A program made the translations under genes and the position numbers. A stretch of DNA of 64,000 bases from Alphaproteobacteria bacterium (GTDB lineage Bacteria; Pseudomonadota; Alphaproteobacteria; UBA828): positions 192,001 to 256,000 of the forward strand of contig CBDCRW010000005.1 of NCBI GenBank assembly GCA_965221125.1, given 5' to 3'. A model generated the notes under the pieces. The model was not told the origin of the DNA, did not search any database, and worked only from the letters and a program-made list of their open reading frames with translations. Positions 38,718-48,978 of the stretch are shown piece after piece. The number at the start of each line of letters is the position of its first letter. Position 1 is the stretch's first letter.

Positions 38718-39965
38718 ATGAGACTGAGCCGCAGACAGTTCTTCCAAGCCGCATCCGGCGCGCTGGCCTTCGCCAGCTTGCCTCATGTTCTGCGACGCGC
38801 CGGCATCGCTGCCGAGGACCCGATCAAGGTCGGCAACATCCTCGACCGCACCGGCATCCTCAACATCTACAGCCTGAAGCAGATCCAGGCGACGGCGATG
38901 GCGGTGGACGAGATCAACGCCGCCGGCGGCCTGCTGGGCCGGCCGCTGGAGCTGGTGTTCTACGATTCCCAGTCCGACGGCCAGTACAACTCCCAGTACG
39001 TCACCGAAGCCCTGGTCAAGGACAAGTGCGTGGTGGTGCACGGCGGCATCACCAGCTCCTCGCGCGAGGTGATGCGCCCCATCGTCAACCGCTTCAAGGG
39101 GCTGCTCTTCTACAACTCCCTCTACGAGGGGGGCGTCTGCGACCGCCGGCATGTTTCCACCGGCATGGTGCCGGCGCAGCAGCTCGAGCCGCTGTTCGAC
39201 TACGTGGTGAGCGAGCTCGGCGGCAAGCGCACCTATATCCTCGCGGCCGACTACAACTACGGCCACATCACGTCCAAGTGGATGCAGAAGTTCACCCGCG
39301 ACAACGGCGGCGAGGACCTGGCGGTCGAGTTCTTCCCCCTCGACGTCACCAACTTCCAGCCGGCGATCTCGCGCATCCAGGCGGCGAAGCCGGACGTGGT
39401 GATGTCGGCGCTGGTGGGCGGCGCGCACATCGCCTTCTACCGCCAGTTCGAGGCCTCCATCGGCAAGGACAACATGATGCTCGCCTCGGGCTCCTATGGC
39501 GTGGGCCTGGAGCACACCCAGCTCAGCCCCGAGGAGGGCAACGGCATCATCCTCGCCACCTCCTTCGTGGACGACCTCGACACCGACGCGGCGCGGGACT
39601 TCGTGAGCCGCTTCCACGCGTATACGGGCGATACCGGCTACGTGGGCGAGTACGGCGAGTACGGCGAGCGCGGGGTCAAGGTCTGGGCCGAGGCGGTGCG
39701 CCAGGCGGGCGATGCCAGCCCCGACGCGGTGATCGAGGCGCTGGCGTCCTCCAACGTCAGCGTCGCCGGCGCGGGCGGGCAGTACACGGTCGACGGGCAG
39801 ACCAACCACACGACCATGGACATCCACATCGTGCGCGGGAACATGAGCCAGACCTTCGACGTGATCCGCTCGTTCTCGCAGCGCCCGCCGCTGGATACGC
39901 AGCAGGTCTGCGACCTGCACGCGAACCCCGACGACAAGACCCAGTACGAGGTCGAGGTCGAGTAG
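38718..39965 (+). CDS. Urea/amide ABC transporter substrate-binding protein (UrtA/AmiC-like), Tat signal
   Basis: SRRQFF twin-arginine motif; GGITSSSRE, YEGG, ADYNYG. Confidence 0.88.
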   Translation: MRLSRRQFFQAASGALAFASLPHVLRRAGIAAEDPIKVGNILDRTGILNIYSLKQIQATAMAVDEINAAGGLLGRPLELVFYDSQSDGQYNSQYVTEALVKDKCVVVHGGITSSSREVMRPIVNRFKGLLFYNSLYEGGVCDRRHVSTGMVPAQQLEPLFDYVVSELGGKRTYILAADYNYGHITSKWMQKFTRDNGGEDLAVEFFPLDVTNFQPAISRIQAAKPDVVMSALVGGAHIAFYRQFEASIGKDNMMLASGSYGVGLEHTQLSPEEGNGIILATSFVDDLDTDAARDFVSRFHAYTGDTGYVGEYGEYGERGVKVWAEAVRQAGDASPDAVIEALASSNVSVAGAGGQYTVDGQTNHTTMDIHIVRGNMSQTFDVIRSFSQRPPLDTQQVCDLHANPDDKTQYEVEVE

Positions 39966-39995
39966 GCGACGCGGCGTCACGACGACGGTTTCGTA

Positions 39996-40070
39996 GCCGG
40001 GACGCAGGCTCCGTCGGCGGCGGGGATCGCCGCCGGCGGAGCGTCTCGCGTTCGCGGATGCGCATCCCGG
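39996..40070 (+). other. Intercistronic stem-loop between SBP and permease
   Basis: GCTCCGTCGGCGGCG-GGGA-TCGCCGCCGGCGGAGC nested inside GCCGGGA...TCCCGGC. Confidence 0.55.
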
Positions 40071-40105
40071 CCCGGCCGGCCTTGCCGGGGCGGCGGGAGT
40101 GAGCG

Positions 40106-40966
40106 GTGGATCAGGTCGCGAACTATCTCTTCCAGATCGGCTTTTCCTTCTCGATCTTCATCCTGATCAGCCTCGGGCTCGCGGTCATCTTCGGGATGAT
40201 GCGGGTCATCAACCTGGCGCAGGGCGAGTTCCTCATGCTCGGCGCCTACTTCTGCACCCTCGCCAACCAGGCCGGCATCAACCTCTGGCTCTCGTTCATC
40301 CTGGCGGCGCTCGCCGTGGGCGTCTTCGGCATCATCGTCGAGCGCCTGGTCATCCAGTGGCTCTACGGCCGCATCATCGACACGCTGCTGGCCACCTGGG
40401 GGCTCAGCCTGCTGCTGGTGGGGGGCGTGACCACCATCTTCGGGCCGCAGACCGAGAGCGTGGCAGCGCCCCTCGGCAACGTGCAGGTGGGCGCCTTCGG
40501 CTTCCCCATCTACGGCCTCGTGATGATGGCGATCGCCGTGGTCCTGCTGGGCGCGGTCTACGCCTTCTGGCGCTTCACCCGCTTCGGGCTGATCGTGCGT
40601 GGCACCATGCAGAACCCGAACATCTCCGCCGCCCTCGGGGTCAACCGCAGCCTCGTCTACATGCTGACCTTCGCCTTCGGCTCCGCGCTCACCGGGCTCG
40701 CCGGCGCGGTGCTGGCGCCCATCGTCGGCGCGTATCCCACGCTCGGCATCGTCTACATCGCCAAGGCCTTCATCACGGTCATCACCGGCGGCCACCTGCC
40801 ACTGATCGGCACGGTGAGCGCGTCCGGCCTCTTCAGCACCATCGACGGCATCGTCGCCACCGTCTCCAGCTCGGTGATCGGCGAGATGACCGTGCTGTTC
40901 GTCGCCATAATCCTGCTCCGGCTGCTGCCGCTCGGCATCACCGGGCGCATGACGCGCGGGGTCTGA
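40106..40966 (+). CDS. ABC permease (UrtB/LivH-like)
   Basis: GLAVIFGMMRVINLAQGEF, LLATWGLSL. Confidence 0.9.
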   Translation: MDQVANYLFQIGFSFSIFILISLGLAVIFGMMRVINLAQGEFLMLGAYFCTLANQAGINLWLSFILAALAVGVFGIIVERLVIQWLYGRIIDTLLATWGLSLLLVGGVTTIFGPQTESVAAPLGNVQVGAFGFPIYGLVMMAIAVVLLGAVYAFWRFTRFGLIVRGTMQNPNISAALGVNRSLVYMLTFAFGSALTGLAGAVLAPIVGAYPTLGIVYIAKAFITVITGGHLPLIGTVSASGLFSTIDGIVATVSSSVIGEMTVLFVAIILLRLLPLGITGRMTRGV

Positions 40967-40969
40967 GCG

Positions 40970-42076
40970 ATGATCCACGGCATCGTCGCCATGCAGCATT
41001 CGAGCGAGAAGCCCAAGTGGTGGTGGTGGGCCTTCGTCGCCGCTCTCGCGGCCTTCTTCATCACCATGCCCTTCCACCTGGAGATCTTCGTCATCCTCGA
41101 GATGTCGCGCTTCTTCGGGATGGCGATGCTGGCGCTCAGCATGGGCTTCCTCTGGGGCTTCAGCGGCATCCTGAGCTTCGGGCAGACGGCGTTCTTCGGC
41201 CTCGGCGGCTACGGCTTCACCGTGCTCGCGCTGAATACGGGGGAGACCACGGGCTCGGTCTTCTTCGCCGTGGCGCTGGGCGCGGCCGGCGCGGGCATCC
41301 TCGGCTACTTCATGATCTACGGCCGCATCAGCGAGATCTATCTGAGCGTCATCACCCTCGTCTTCACGCTGATCCTGGAGAAGGGCATCCGCGCCACCTC
41401 GGGCGATCAGTACGTCATCGGCAAGGTGCGGCTGAACGGCCAGAACGGCATCCCCACCGTGCCGCAGCTCGACGTGCCGTGGAACCCGAGCGTTCAGCTC
41501 GACATCAACTGGTTCTTCTGGGTGGGCGCCGTGCTCATGATCCTGGTCTACATCGGGCTCCGCATGATCCTGACCACGCCCTTCGGCCGCGTGCTGGTCG
41601 GCATCCGCGAGAACGAGCGGAGGACCGAGCTGCTCGGCTACGACACCCGGCGCTACAAGCTCGCGGCCTTCATGCTGGCGGGCGGCGTGGCCGGGCTCGG
41701 CGGCGCGCTCTACGCCATCTCGATCCCGCTGGCGCACCCGGAGATGTTCAGCCTGGGCCGCGCGGCGGACGTCATCATGTGGGTGCTGGTGGGCGGCAAG
41801 GGCACGCTGATCGGCCCCATCGCGGGCGTCTTCGCCATCGAGCACTTCAAGGGCTGGCTGGGCACGCAAGGCGTGGGGCAAGTGACGCTGGTGCTGGGCG
41901 CGGTGCTGATCCTCTTCGTGCTCGTCTTCCAGCGGGGCCTCGTGCCGAGCATCGGCTCCCTGCCGGCGCTGTGGCAGGACCGCGCCTCGATCGGGCGGCG
42001 GCTGGGGGAGGTCGCGGCGGACGTCCGCGCGCCGATGCGGCGCCGGGCGCGGCCCCGCCGGGAAGGCCGGTCATGA
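40970..42076 (+). CDS. ABC permease (UrtC/LivM-like)
   Basis: WG.SGILSFGQ..FFGLGGY, IRENE.R..LLGY, GGKGTL.GP. Confidence 0.9.
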   Translation: MIHGIVAMQHSSEKPKWWWWAFVAALAAFFITMPFHLEIFVILEMSRFFGMAMLALSMGFLWGFSGILSFGQTAFFGLGGYGFTVLALNTGETTGSVFFAVALGAAGAGILGYFMIYGRISEIYLSVITLVFTLILEKGIRATSGDQYVIGKVRLNGQNGIPTVPQLDVPWNPSVQLDINWFFWVGAVLMILVYIGLRMILTTPFGRVLVGIRENERRTELLGYDTRRYKLAAFMLAGGVAGLGGALYAISIPLAHPEMFSLGRAADVIMWVLVGGKGTLIGPIAGVFAIEHFKGWLGTQGVGQVTLVLGAVLILFVLVFQRGLVPSIGSLPALWQDRASIGRRLGEVAADVRAPMRRRARPRREGRS

Positions 42077-42813
42077 GCGAGGCGGCGCGCGAGCACGAGG
42101 TCATCCTGGAGACGAAGGCGCTGGAGAAGCGTTTCGGCGGCGTGAGCGCCATCGCGGGCGTCGACTTCTCGCTGAGAAGGGGCGAGCTGCGCTGCCTGAT
42201 CGGGCCGAACGGCGCGGGCAAGAGCACCTTCTTCAAGATGCTCACCGCCCAGATCAGGCCGTCCGCCGGGCAGGTGCTGTTCGACGGCCGCGACATCAGC
42301 CGCGCGCACCCGCACGAAATCTCCCGCCTCGGCATCGGCATCAAGAACCAGGTGCCGGACGTCTACGACGGCATCACCGTGGACGAGAACCTGTGGCTGG
42401 CGGCGCGCTTCCGCCACGGCGCACGGGCCGCGCGCGCCAAGGTGGACGAGACGCTCGCCCGGCTCGACCTCGGCGACATCCGCTGGCAGATGCTGGGCGC
42501 CTTGGCCCACGGCCAGCGCCAGTGGGTCGAGTTCGGCATGGTGATGGCGCTGGAGCCCGAGATCATCCTGCTCGACGAGCCGACGGCGGGCATGAGCATC
42601 GAGGAGACGAACCGCACGGCGGCGCTGATCCGCGAGGTGAACCGCACCACGACCATCGTCGTGGTCGAGCACGACATGCAGTTCATCCGCCAGATCGCCG
42701 ATATCGTCACCGTGTTCCACCAGGGCCGCATCCTGGCCGAGGACACCATGGCGCGCATCCAGGCCAACCGGGCCGTGCGCGAGGTCTACCTGGGGACCTC
42801 CGGCCTTGCTTGA
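42073..42813 (+). CDS. ABC ATP-binding protein (UrtD/LivG-like)
   Basis: GPNGAGKST, LAHGQRQW, LDEPTAGM, VEHDM. Confidence 0.92.
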   Translation: MSEAAREHEVILETKALEKRFGGVSAIAGVDFSLRRGELRCLIGPNGAGKSTFFKMLTAQIRPSAGQVLFDGRDISRAHPHEISRLGIGIKNQVPDVYDGITVDENLWLAARFRHGARAARAKVDETLARLDLGDIRWQMLGALAHGQRQWVEFGMVMALEPEIILLDEPTAGMSIEETNRTAALIREVNRTTTIVVVEHDMQFIRQIADIVTVFHQGRILAEDTMARIQANRAVREVYLGTSGLA

Positions 42814-43498
42814 GGTGGAAGGCCTTAGCGCCGGCTACGGCCGCATCCCGATCCTGAACGGGATCGAGTTCTCCATCGCGCGCGGCGAGATCGTGGGCGT
42901 GCTCGGCCACAACGGCATGGGCAAGACGACGCTCTTGCGCACGCTGATGGGGGAGATCCGCGCCACCGGCGGCAGCATCCACTTCGAGGACGAGGACATC
43001 ACCCGGCTCGCCATGCACCGGCGCGCGCGGCTCGGCATCGGCTATGTGCCGCAGGGGCGCGACATCTATCCGCAGCTCAGCGTCATGGACAACCTGCGCA
43101 TGGGCGAGATCGTGCGCCGCGGCCAGAGCGCCGTGCCGGAGCTGCTCGACTACTTCCCGCTGCTGGAGACGCTGCTGGAGCGGCCGGGGCGCGCGCTCTC
43201 CGGCGGCGAGCAGCAGATTCTGGCGCTGGCCCGCTGCCTCGCCGGGCGGCCGCGCCTCCTGCTGCTGGACGAGCCCACGGAGGGCATCCAGCCCTCCATC
43301 GTCGATCAGATCCAGGCGAAGCTCGCCGAGCTTGCCGCGGCGCTCGACCTCACGGTGCTGCTGGTCGAGCAGAACCTCCGCTTCATCCAGGCGCTGGCGG
43401 AGCGGGTGCTGATCATGCAGAAGGGCACCATCGTCGCGACCATCGCGCCGGAGCAGCTCTCCGACCAAGCGATCGTGGACGAGTACCTGGGCATCTGA
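42806..43498 (+). CDS. ABC ATP-binding protein (UrtE/LivF-like)
   Basis: GHNGMGKTT, VPQGR, LSGGEQQ, DEPTEGIQP. Confidence 0.92.
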   Translation: MLEVEGLSAGYGRIPILNGIEFSIARGEIVGVLGHNGMGKTTLLRTLMGEIRATGGSIHFEDEDITRLAMHRRARLGIGYVPQGRDIYPQLSVMDNLRMGEIVRRGQSAVPELLDYFPLLETLLERPGRALSGGEQQILALARCLAGRPRLLLLDEPTEGIQPSIVDQIQAKLAELAAALDLTVLLVEQNLRFIQALAERVLIMQKGTIVATIAPEQLSDQAIVDEYLGI

Positions 43499-43594
43499 CC
43501 GGCGGGCACCGCCGGCCCCGCACCATGGTGCCTTGTTCAGCTACAGACCGAGAGTCATGGGTTCATGGATCGCGAATGGTGGTCGTCGACCGTT

Positions 43595-43804
43595 TCATTC
43601 GTGTTCCAATGGCGTGCGCTGTCCCAGCTTCGCCAGGCGCCGCGCGAATTCCCGTTCAAGCCGCCTTCGGCGGAACGGTGTGAGCTTGAGCCAGTCTCCG
43701 ATCTCGGCGGCGGTCCTGCCACAGCCCAGGCACCACCCCGTCTTCGGGTCGAGTTGGCAGACGTCGATGCATGGGGATTGCGCGCGTCTCGCCCTCCGTC
43801 TCAT
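43595..43804 (-). CDS. DUF1289 family small Cys-rich protein
   Basis: SPCIDVC......WC.GCGRT..EI..W. Confidence 0.85.
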   Translation of the reverse strand: MRRRARRAQSPCIDVCQLDPKTGWCLGCGRTAAEIGDWLKLTPFRRRRLEREFARRLAKLGQRTPLEHE

Positions 43805-43837
43805 GGAAGAACCTCGATTGGAGTTCCCTGTTCGCGC

Positions 43838-44893
43838 TCATGATGGAGTGCGCCAGTCGGAAAGGCTAATTCGACCGACAAAGCCGCCCTCGGTACCGAG
43901 CGCGAGATGCTGCCCATCCGCCGACCATGCGAGCGCGGTGACGGCGCCCTCGCCGGGTCGCTTGACCACGGCCGGATGATCGCGGTCGATCTGCACGAGG
44001 ATGGCGGCACCGTCCTCGTATCCGGCGGCGACCACGTCATGCCGGGGGTGGGCAGCCACCACCGTCACCACGCCCTCGAAGCCCCACCCGAGGTCGAGCG
44101 CCGCCTTGCCGAGTGGACCGCTCTTGCCGTGGAATGGCCAACAAACCACGGACTCCGCGCCGGCGGTCGCCAGATACCTTCCCTTCGGCAGCCAGCTCAT
44201 CGACTTGACCTTCGTCGGGTAGCCGGGCATCTGCATATCGGTGCCGTCGGAGACACGCCAACCGTGCAGTTCGTTCTCCTGCATTGCGGTGACGATGTAT
44301 TTCCCGTCCGGGCTCCAGGTCAGACTGAGGTGCGAACCCGACCAGCTGAGTCGCTTGGGTTTCTGCGTGCTGGGCTTCGCCCACCAGAGGCTGACCCCAC
44401 CATAGTGCGCGGCGGCGATCCGCCGCCCTTTCGGGTCGAATGCCAGACCGCCGACCGTGTTCGCATGATCGAACGCTCCGACCGCTCTTCCATCCTGCGC
44501 GAAAAGGGAAACTGTCTTGCCGAAGACCGCAGCGCATAGTCCGGATGCCCTGCTCACGGCAATCGGCTCGACCCATCGCCCCGCAATGGCTGCGATTTCG
44601 ATGGTCTCGCCGTCGCTATCGGTGCTCACCAGCCGAGCGTCGTCTCCGCCCGTCAGAACGCGCTGCTGCCCCGAGTCGACGGCCAGCGAAAGACAAGGCC
44701 CGTCATGCACCGAAACGAAGGACGGAGAATTCGTGCTCTCGCTGTCGATGAACGCGACCCGACCGTCCCCGAGTGCAGCCGCGAGCAGCCCCTCCTCAAG
44801 GAACGCGAGGCCCACCACATAAGCGTCGAGCGAGCAGCCGGCGCCGATGCGATCGAGCAGCGACGTCTTGTCCAGCTCAGTGGACAAGCTCAT
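43838..44893 (-). CDS. WD40-repeat protein (CobW-associated)
   Basis: Repeated beta-propeller blades (TWSPDG, AWSADG), GYPTKVKS; overlaps the CobW stop. Confidence 0.85.
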   Translation of the reverse strand: MSLSTELDKTSLLDRIGAGCSLDAYVVGLAFLEEGLLAAALGDGRVAFIDSESTNSPSFVSVHDGPCLSLAVDSGQQRVLTGGDDARLVSTDSDGETIEIAAIAGRWVEPIAVSRASGLCAAVFGKTVSLFAQDGRAVGAFDHANTVGGLAFDPKGRRIAAAHYGGVSLWWAKPSTQKPKRLSWSGSHLSLTWSPDGKYIVTAMQENELHGWRVSDGTDMQMPGYPTKVKSMSWLPKGRYLATAGAESVVCWPFHGKSGPLGKAALDLGWGFEGVVTVVAAHPRHDVVAAGYEDGAAILVQIDRDHPAVVKRPGEGAVTALAWSADGQHLALGTEGGFVGRISLSDWRTPS

Positions 44894-45846
44894 GCGATGC
44901 AGGCGTCGAACTGCTGACGAAGCTCCAGCTCATCGATGTTTCGCCCGATGAAGACCAGGCGACTCTCTCGGTTCTCGTTTGGGCTCCACGGCTTCGTGAA
45001 ATTGCCTTCCATCAGCATATGGACCGCCTGGACGACAAACTGCTTGTCCTGACCGGCGATCGACAGGATCCCCTTGGTTCGCAGAAAGTCTTGACCGCGC
45101 TCGGCGAGCAGGCGCTGCAACCACCCTGTGAGGCGGGTTCCGTCCAACGGCCGCTCGGTGCGCAGGCAGACGCTCTTCACGGCATCGTCGTGTTCATGGT
45201 CGTCTTCCGAGAGAAAGTCCGGCTCGATCGCCAGGATGCGATCGAGATCGAAGGCGCGGCGCCCCAGAACCGTGTCGAGCCCCACCTCGCATCGCTCCGT
45301 GCGATGAATAACCGCCGTCGCATTGATCGAACGGATGCGCGTTTCCACCTGCGCCAGCTCATCGGCCGGCACGAGATCCGTCTTGTTGAGAAGGATGACG
45401 TCGGCAAAGGCAATCTGTTCCAGCGCCTCATGGCTGTCTTCCAGCCGCCGGACGACATGGCGGGCGTCGACCACCGTCACGATCGAATCGAGCCAGGTCC
45501 GTCGCCGAACGTCTTCGTCCACGAAGAAGGTCTGGGCGACGGGCGCGGGATCGGCAAGGCCCGTGGTCTCGATGAGGATTCCATCGAAGCCGTCTTGCCG
45601 TTTCATCAACCCGCCAAGGATGCGGATCAGATCCCCGCGTACGGTGCAGCAGATGCAACCGTTGTTCATCTCGAACACTTCCTCGTCGGCGTTGACCACG
45701 AGGTCGTTGTCGATACCGATTTCGCCGAACTCATTGACGACCACGGCGTATTTCTTGCCGTGCTCCTCGGTCAGGATGCGGTTCAGGAGTGTTGTCTTGC
45801 CGGCGCCGAGATAGCCGGTCAGAACGGTAACGGGGATCTGGTTCAT
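44890..45846 (-). CDS. COG0523/CobW family metal-binding GTPase (copy A)
   Basis: [33 protein letters not shown]. Confidence 0.93.
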   Translation of the reverse strand: MNQIPVTVLTGYLGAGKTTLLNRILTEEHGKKYAVVVNEFGEIGIDNDLVVNADEEVFEMNNGCICCTVRGDLIRILGGLMKRQDGFDGILIETTGLADPAPVAQTFFVDEDVRRRTWLDSIVTVVDARHVVRRLEDSHEALEQIAFADVILLNKTDLVPADELAQVETRIRSINATAVIHRTERCEVGLDTVLGRRAFDLDRILAIEPDFLSEDDHEHDDAVKSVCLRTERPLDGTRLTGWLQRLLAERGQDFLRTKGILSIAGQDKQFVVQAVHMLMEGNFTKPWSPNENRESRLVFIGRNIDELELRQQFDACIA

Positions 45847-46021
45847 GGATTCCGTCTCCTTCGATCTTTGAAGCCGTTCAGCAGCGCGCTGCGGCCTCCA
45901 CTCAGTTCACGGATGCTGGCTGAAAGCGCTGTTCGGGACACGCCCCCATGCGCGATGTGCCGACCTGTCCCTCTCGTTCGTGGACGTCCAGCGTCCCGTC
46001 TTCCGCAGGCTGCGCCGGGCC

Positions 46022-47065
46022 TTACGGAGCCAGCGCCTGCGCGAGGGTCGTCGCGTTGTGGCGCATCATGTCGAGGTAGGTCGGCGCCGGGCCGTCCGGG
46101 CCGGACAGCGCGCCGGGATAAAGCGTGCCGCCGATGGTGGCCCCGGTCTCGTTTGCGATCTGCTCGAGCAGGCGCCCGTCGGTGATGTTCTCGACGAAGA
46201 CGGCCGAGATACCCTCGTCGCGGATGCGCACGATCAGCCGGGCGACGTCCTGCGCCGATGCCTCGGACTCGGTGCTGAGCCCTTGCGGTGCCAGGAAGGT
46301 CAGCCCGTAGTCGCGGCCGAAATACTGGAACGCATCGTGCGAGGTGACGACGGTGCGGCGGTCGGCCGGCAGGGCTGCCACGATCTCGCGGATCTCCGCG
46401 TCGAGCGTCGCGATCTCGGCGCCGTAGGCTGCGCGGTTCCAGTGGAAGTCGGCCGCGTTCGCCGGGTCGGCCTGAGCCAGAGCGTCAGCGATGTTGTCGA
46501 CATAGGCTGCGGCATTGCGGAGGCTCTGCCAGCCGTGCGGGTCGAAGGCGCCGTGGTCGTGGTGGTCGTGGCCTGCCTCGGCTTGCTCCTCGTGGTCGTC
46601 ATCGTGGTCGTCATCATGACCGGCCTCGGCATGGTCATCGTGGCCGTGGTCATGCCCGGCCTCTTCGGCATGCTCGTCGTGGCCGTCATCATGACCGTGC
46701 TCGTCGTCGAACGCGATCGGGTCGATGCCGTCGGTCGCCACCACCCGGACACCGCGGAAATCCGAAGCGGCGATCAGACGGTCCAGCCAGCCCTCGAACT
46801 GCAGCCCGTTGACGACAAGGATCTCCGCTTCGCTGACGGCCCGCGCGTCGGCGGGGGTCGGCTGGTAGACATGCGTGTCGCCGTCGGGGCCGACGAGCGT
46901 CGTGACGGCGACGTGCTCGCCGCCGATCCGCTTCACCATGTCGCCGAGGATGGAGAAGGTGGCGACCACCGGGGTCGGTTTGTCGGCCTCTGCGACGGCC
47001 GGAGCGGCGAGCGACACGGCGAGGAGGGCTGTGGCGGACATCAGAAGCGCTCTGCGGGTGGGCAT
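46022..47065 (-). CDS. Zn ABC transporter substrate-binding protein (ZnuA/AztC-like) with His/Asp-rich loop
   Basis: DTHVYQPTP, DPHGW, TSHDAFQY; about 50-aa His-rich loop. Confidence 0.9.
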   Translation of the reverse strand: MPTRRALLMSATALLAVSLAAPAVAEADKPTPVVATFSILGDMVKRIGGEHVAVTTLVGPDGDTHVYQPTPADARAVSEAEILVVNGLQFEGWLDRLIAASDFRGVRVVATDGIDPIAFDDEHGHDDGHDEHAEEAGHDHGHDDHAEAGHDDDHDDDHEEQAEAGHDHHDHGAFDPHGWQSLRNAAAYVDNIADALAQADPANAADFHWNRAAYGAEIATLDAEIREIVAALPADRRTVVTSHDAFQYFGRDYGLTFLAPQGLSTESEASAQDVARLIVRIRDEGISAVFVENITDGRLLEQIANETGATIGGTLYPGALSGPDGPAPTYLDMMRHNATTLAQALAP

Positions 47066-47076
47066 TGATACTCCTT

Positions 47077-47248
47077 TCAGGCTTCGAGGTGGCGGCGCGG
47101 GAAGGCCCGCGTGGCGAGACCGCCCACCGGCCCGAAGACCAGCGACAGCGCGCAGGCGAAACCCGCGACACCGCCATCAGCGTGCCGAGCGCCGCCCGCG
47201 GAAATCCGGATCGGTGCCGGGCCGGGGTCGGGCCGGCGGTTTCGTCAT
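47077..47248 (-). pseudogene. Internally deleted remnant of Zn ABC permease (znuB/aztB-like), possibly fused to the start of the ATPase gene
   Basis: Minus strand gives ALGTLMAV then, in another frame, VAGFACALSLVFGPVGGLATRAFPRRHLEA*, both resembling ZnuB-type permease segments. Confidence 0.65.
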
Positions 47249-47276
47249 CGCCTGTCTCACTTTGCGAGGCGTAGAA

Positions 47277-47310
47277 GTAATGTTATAACGTTTTATATCG
47301 TTTCTTACAA
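47277..47310 (-). promoter_or_regulatory. Zur box overlapping a sigma70 promoter
   Basis: GTAATGTTATAACGTTTT (47277-47294) resembles the Zur consensus; minus strand TTGTAA-17-TATAAC. Confidence 0.8.
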
Positions 47311-47333
47311 GCATCGGTGGGGAAATCCACCAT

Positions 47334-48239
47334 CTATGTCTCCGAGCCGGGTACGACGCCGCGCGGCAGACTCACGACGTGGTCCGCGATCTCGCCCGGC
47401 CGCGTGAACCACACATGCCCACTGTCAACGTGCGTCCGAATATGCTGAAGCGCGCGCCGGAGCTGGACCAGCCGGAACGGCTGTCCGACGACGGGCGTAT
47501 GGAGCGAGATTGCGCAGACGAGCGGCTGTCGTGCGGATTGACGCAGCATTTCGTCGAACTGATCGACGATCAGGCCGGTAAAGTCGGCGGCCGTGTGATG
47601 GCGGGTGAGCATGGCCGGCGCGTCGTTGATCTCGACCGGATAGGGCATCGCCATTAGCGGGCCGGCACGCGTCGCGAGCCAAACCGGCTGGTCATCCAGC
47701 GGCCAATCGAGAACGTAGGAATAGCCTGCCTCCTTGAGCAGGTCGGGGGTGATTCCCGTTTCCGAAATCCACGGACCCAGCCAGCCCTGTGGCGAATGGC
47801 CTTCATGTCGGGCGATCGTTGCGGTTGCCTCGGCGATCAGCGCGCGCTCGGCCGCTTCGTCGAGATCGCCCTGGCGTTCGGAATTCGTCCGGCCGTGCGC
47901 GACGATCTCGTCACCCCGCGCCCGAGCGCGTTCGAGAATCTGCGGCGCATAGTCATAGACAGCAGAGTTGACCAGATGGCAGGCGGGAATTCGCAACTCG
48001 TCGAAAAGATCGAAGAGCCTCCAGATGCCAACGCGCAGGCCATAGTCGCGCCAGGCAAAGTTCCTCACATCGGGCTGAGGTGTCGCATAGGACGGCGTAT
48101 GACCGAGCCCCTCGCCGAAATGAAAGTGCTCCACATTGACGGCGACGTAGAAGGCGAGCCGCTTGCCACCGGGCCACTCGTAATGCGGCCGGCCGGAGAT
48201 GGGACTGTAGTGGTAGCGGCCGTGCGTCTTGAGGGTCAT
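47334..48239 (-). CDS. Polysaccharide deacetylase family (PuuE-like)
   Basis: VNVEHF, WRDYGLRVGIWR, AHG, GWLGPW, ISLH. Confidence 0.85.
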   Translation of the reverse strand: MTLKTHGRYHYSPISGRPHYEWPGGKRLAFYVAVNVEHFHFGEGLGHTPSYATPQPDVRNFAWRDYGLRVGIWRLFDLFDELRIPACHLVNSAVYDYAPQILERARARGDEIVAHGRTNSERQGDLDEAAERALIAEATATIARHEGHSPQGWLGPWISETGITPDLLKEAGYSYVLDWPLDDQPVWLATRAGPLMAMPYPVEINDAPAMLTRHHTAADFTGLIVDQFDEMLRQSARQPLVCAISLHTPVVGQPFRLVQLRRALQHIRTHVDSGHVWFTRPGEIADHVVSLPRGVVPGSET

Positions 48240-48351
48240 TGCGGTCTACGCTCCGCCTGCTCGAACCAGCCAAGACGCGAAGAGCGCGCGGATGAATTGG
48301 AAGGTCCGTGCGCGGGATCGGCGACCGGGCGAGGCGGGACGACGCGCATGG

Positions 48352-48912
48352 TCAGAACTCCCCCTCAAGGCGCTTGTATCCCTGAACGAGGGCGTTGTTG
48401 GTGCGCACGACGTCCTCCGAGAACGCAGAGGCATCGGCGCTGACCTTCGGTATGGCGGCGAGGTCGGTGTGGGGTCCGATACGCTGTGTGGAGGGGACGT
48501 AGAACCCGGCCGGCAGGTCACAGCCATCGACCACCGCGTTGTGACCCACGACGCAGCCTTCGCCCACCGCGCAGTTGAAGAGCACGCTGTTAAAACCGAT
48601 GAAAGCACTGTCGCCGACCGAGCAGGGGCCGTGGACGATCGCGCGATGTGCGATCGAAGTCCGCTCGCCGATGGTGACTGCCGCGCCGGACTTGGAGTGA
48701 ATGACCACACCGTCCTGAATGTTCGAGTGCGCACCGATGACGATGGCCTCCATATGGCCGTTCGCGTCCACCTCGTCGGCGCGGATCACGGCATAGGGGC
48801 CGATGAAGACGTTCTCATGGACGACCACACGACCGCAGAGAATGGCCGTTGGATCGACAAAGGCGCTGTCGTGGACAACCGGGAGGTCGCCGCACGGGTT
48901 CTTGCGGATCAT
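48352..48912 (-). CDS. Gamma-class carbonic anhydrase-like protein
   Basis: Hexapeptide repeats, IRAD, NIQDGVVIH, AHRAIVHGP. Confidence 0.88.
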   Translation of the reverse strand: MIRKNPCGDLPVVHDSAFVDPTAILCGRVVVHENVFIGPYAVIRADEVDANGHMEAIVIGAHSNIQDGVVIHSKSGAAVTIGERTSIAHRAIVHGPCSVGDSAFIGFNSVLFNCAVGEGCVVGHNAVVDGCDLPAGFYVPSTQRIGPHTDLAAIPKVSADASAFSEDVVRTNNALVQGYKRLEGEF

Positions 48913-48978
48913 CGGGCCGGCGATCCCGTTTTCATGGCCGACATGGATTGAAACCAGCGGGGACATCGCGGCATCGGC

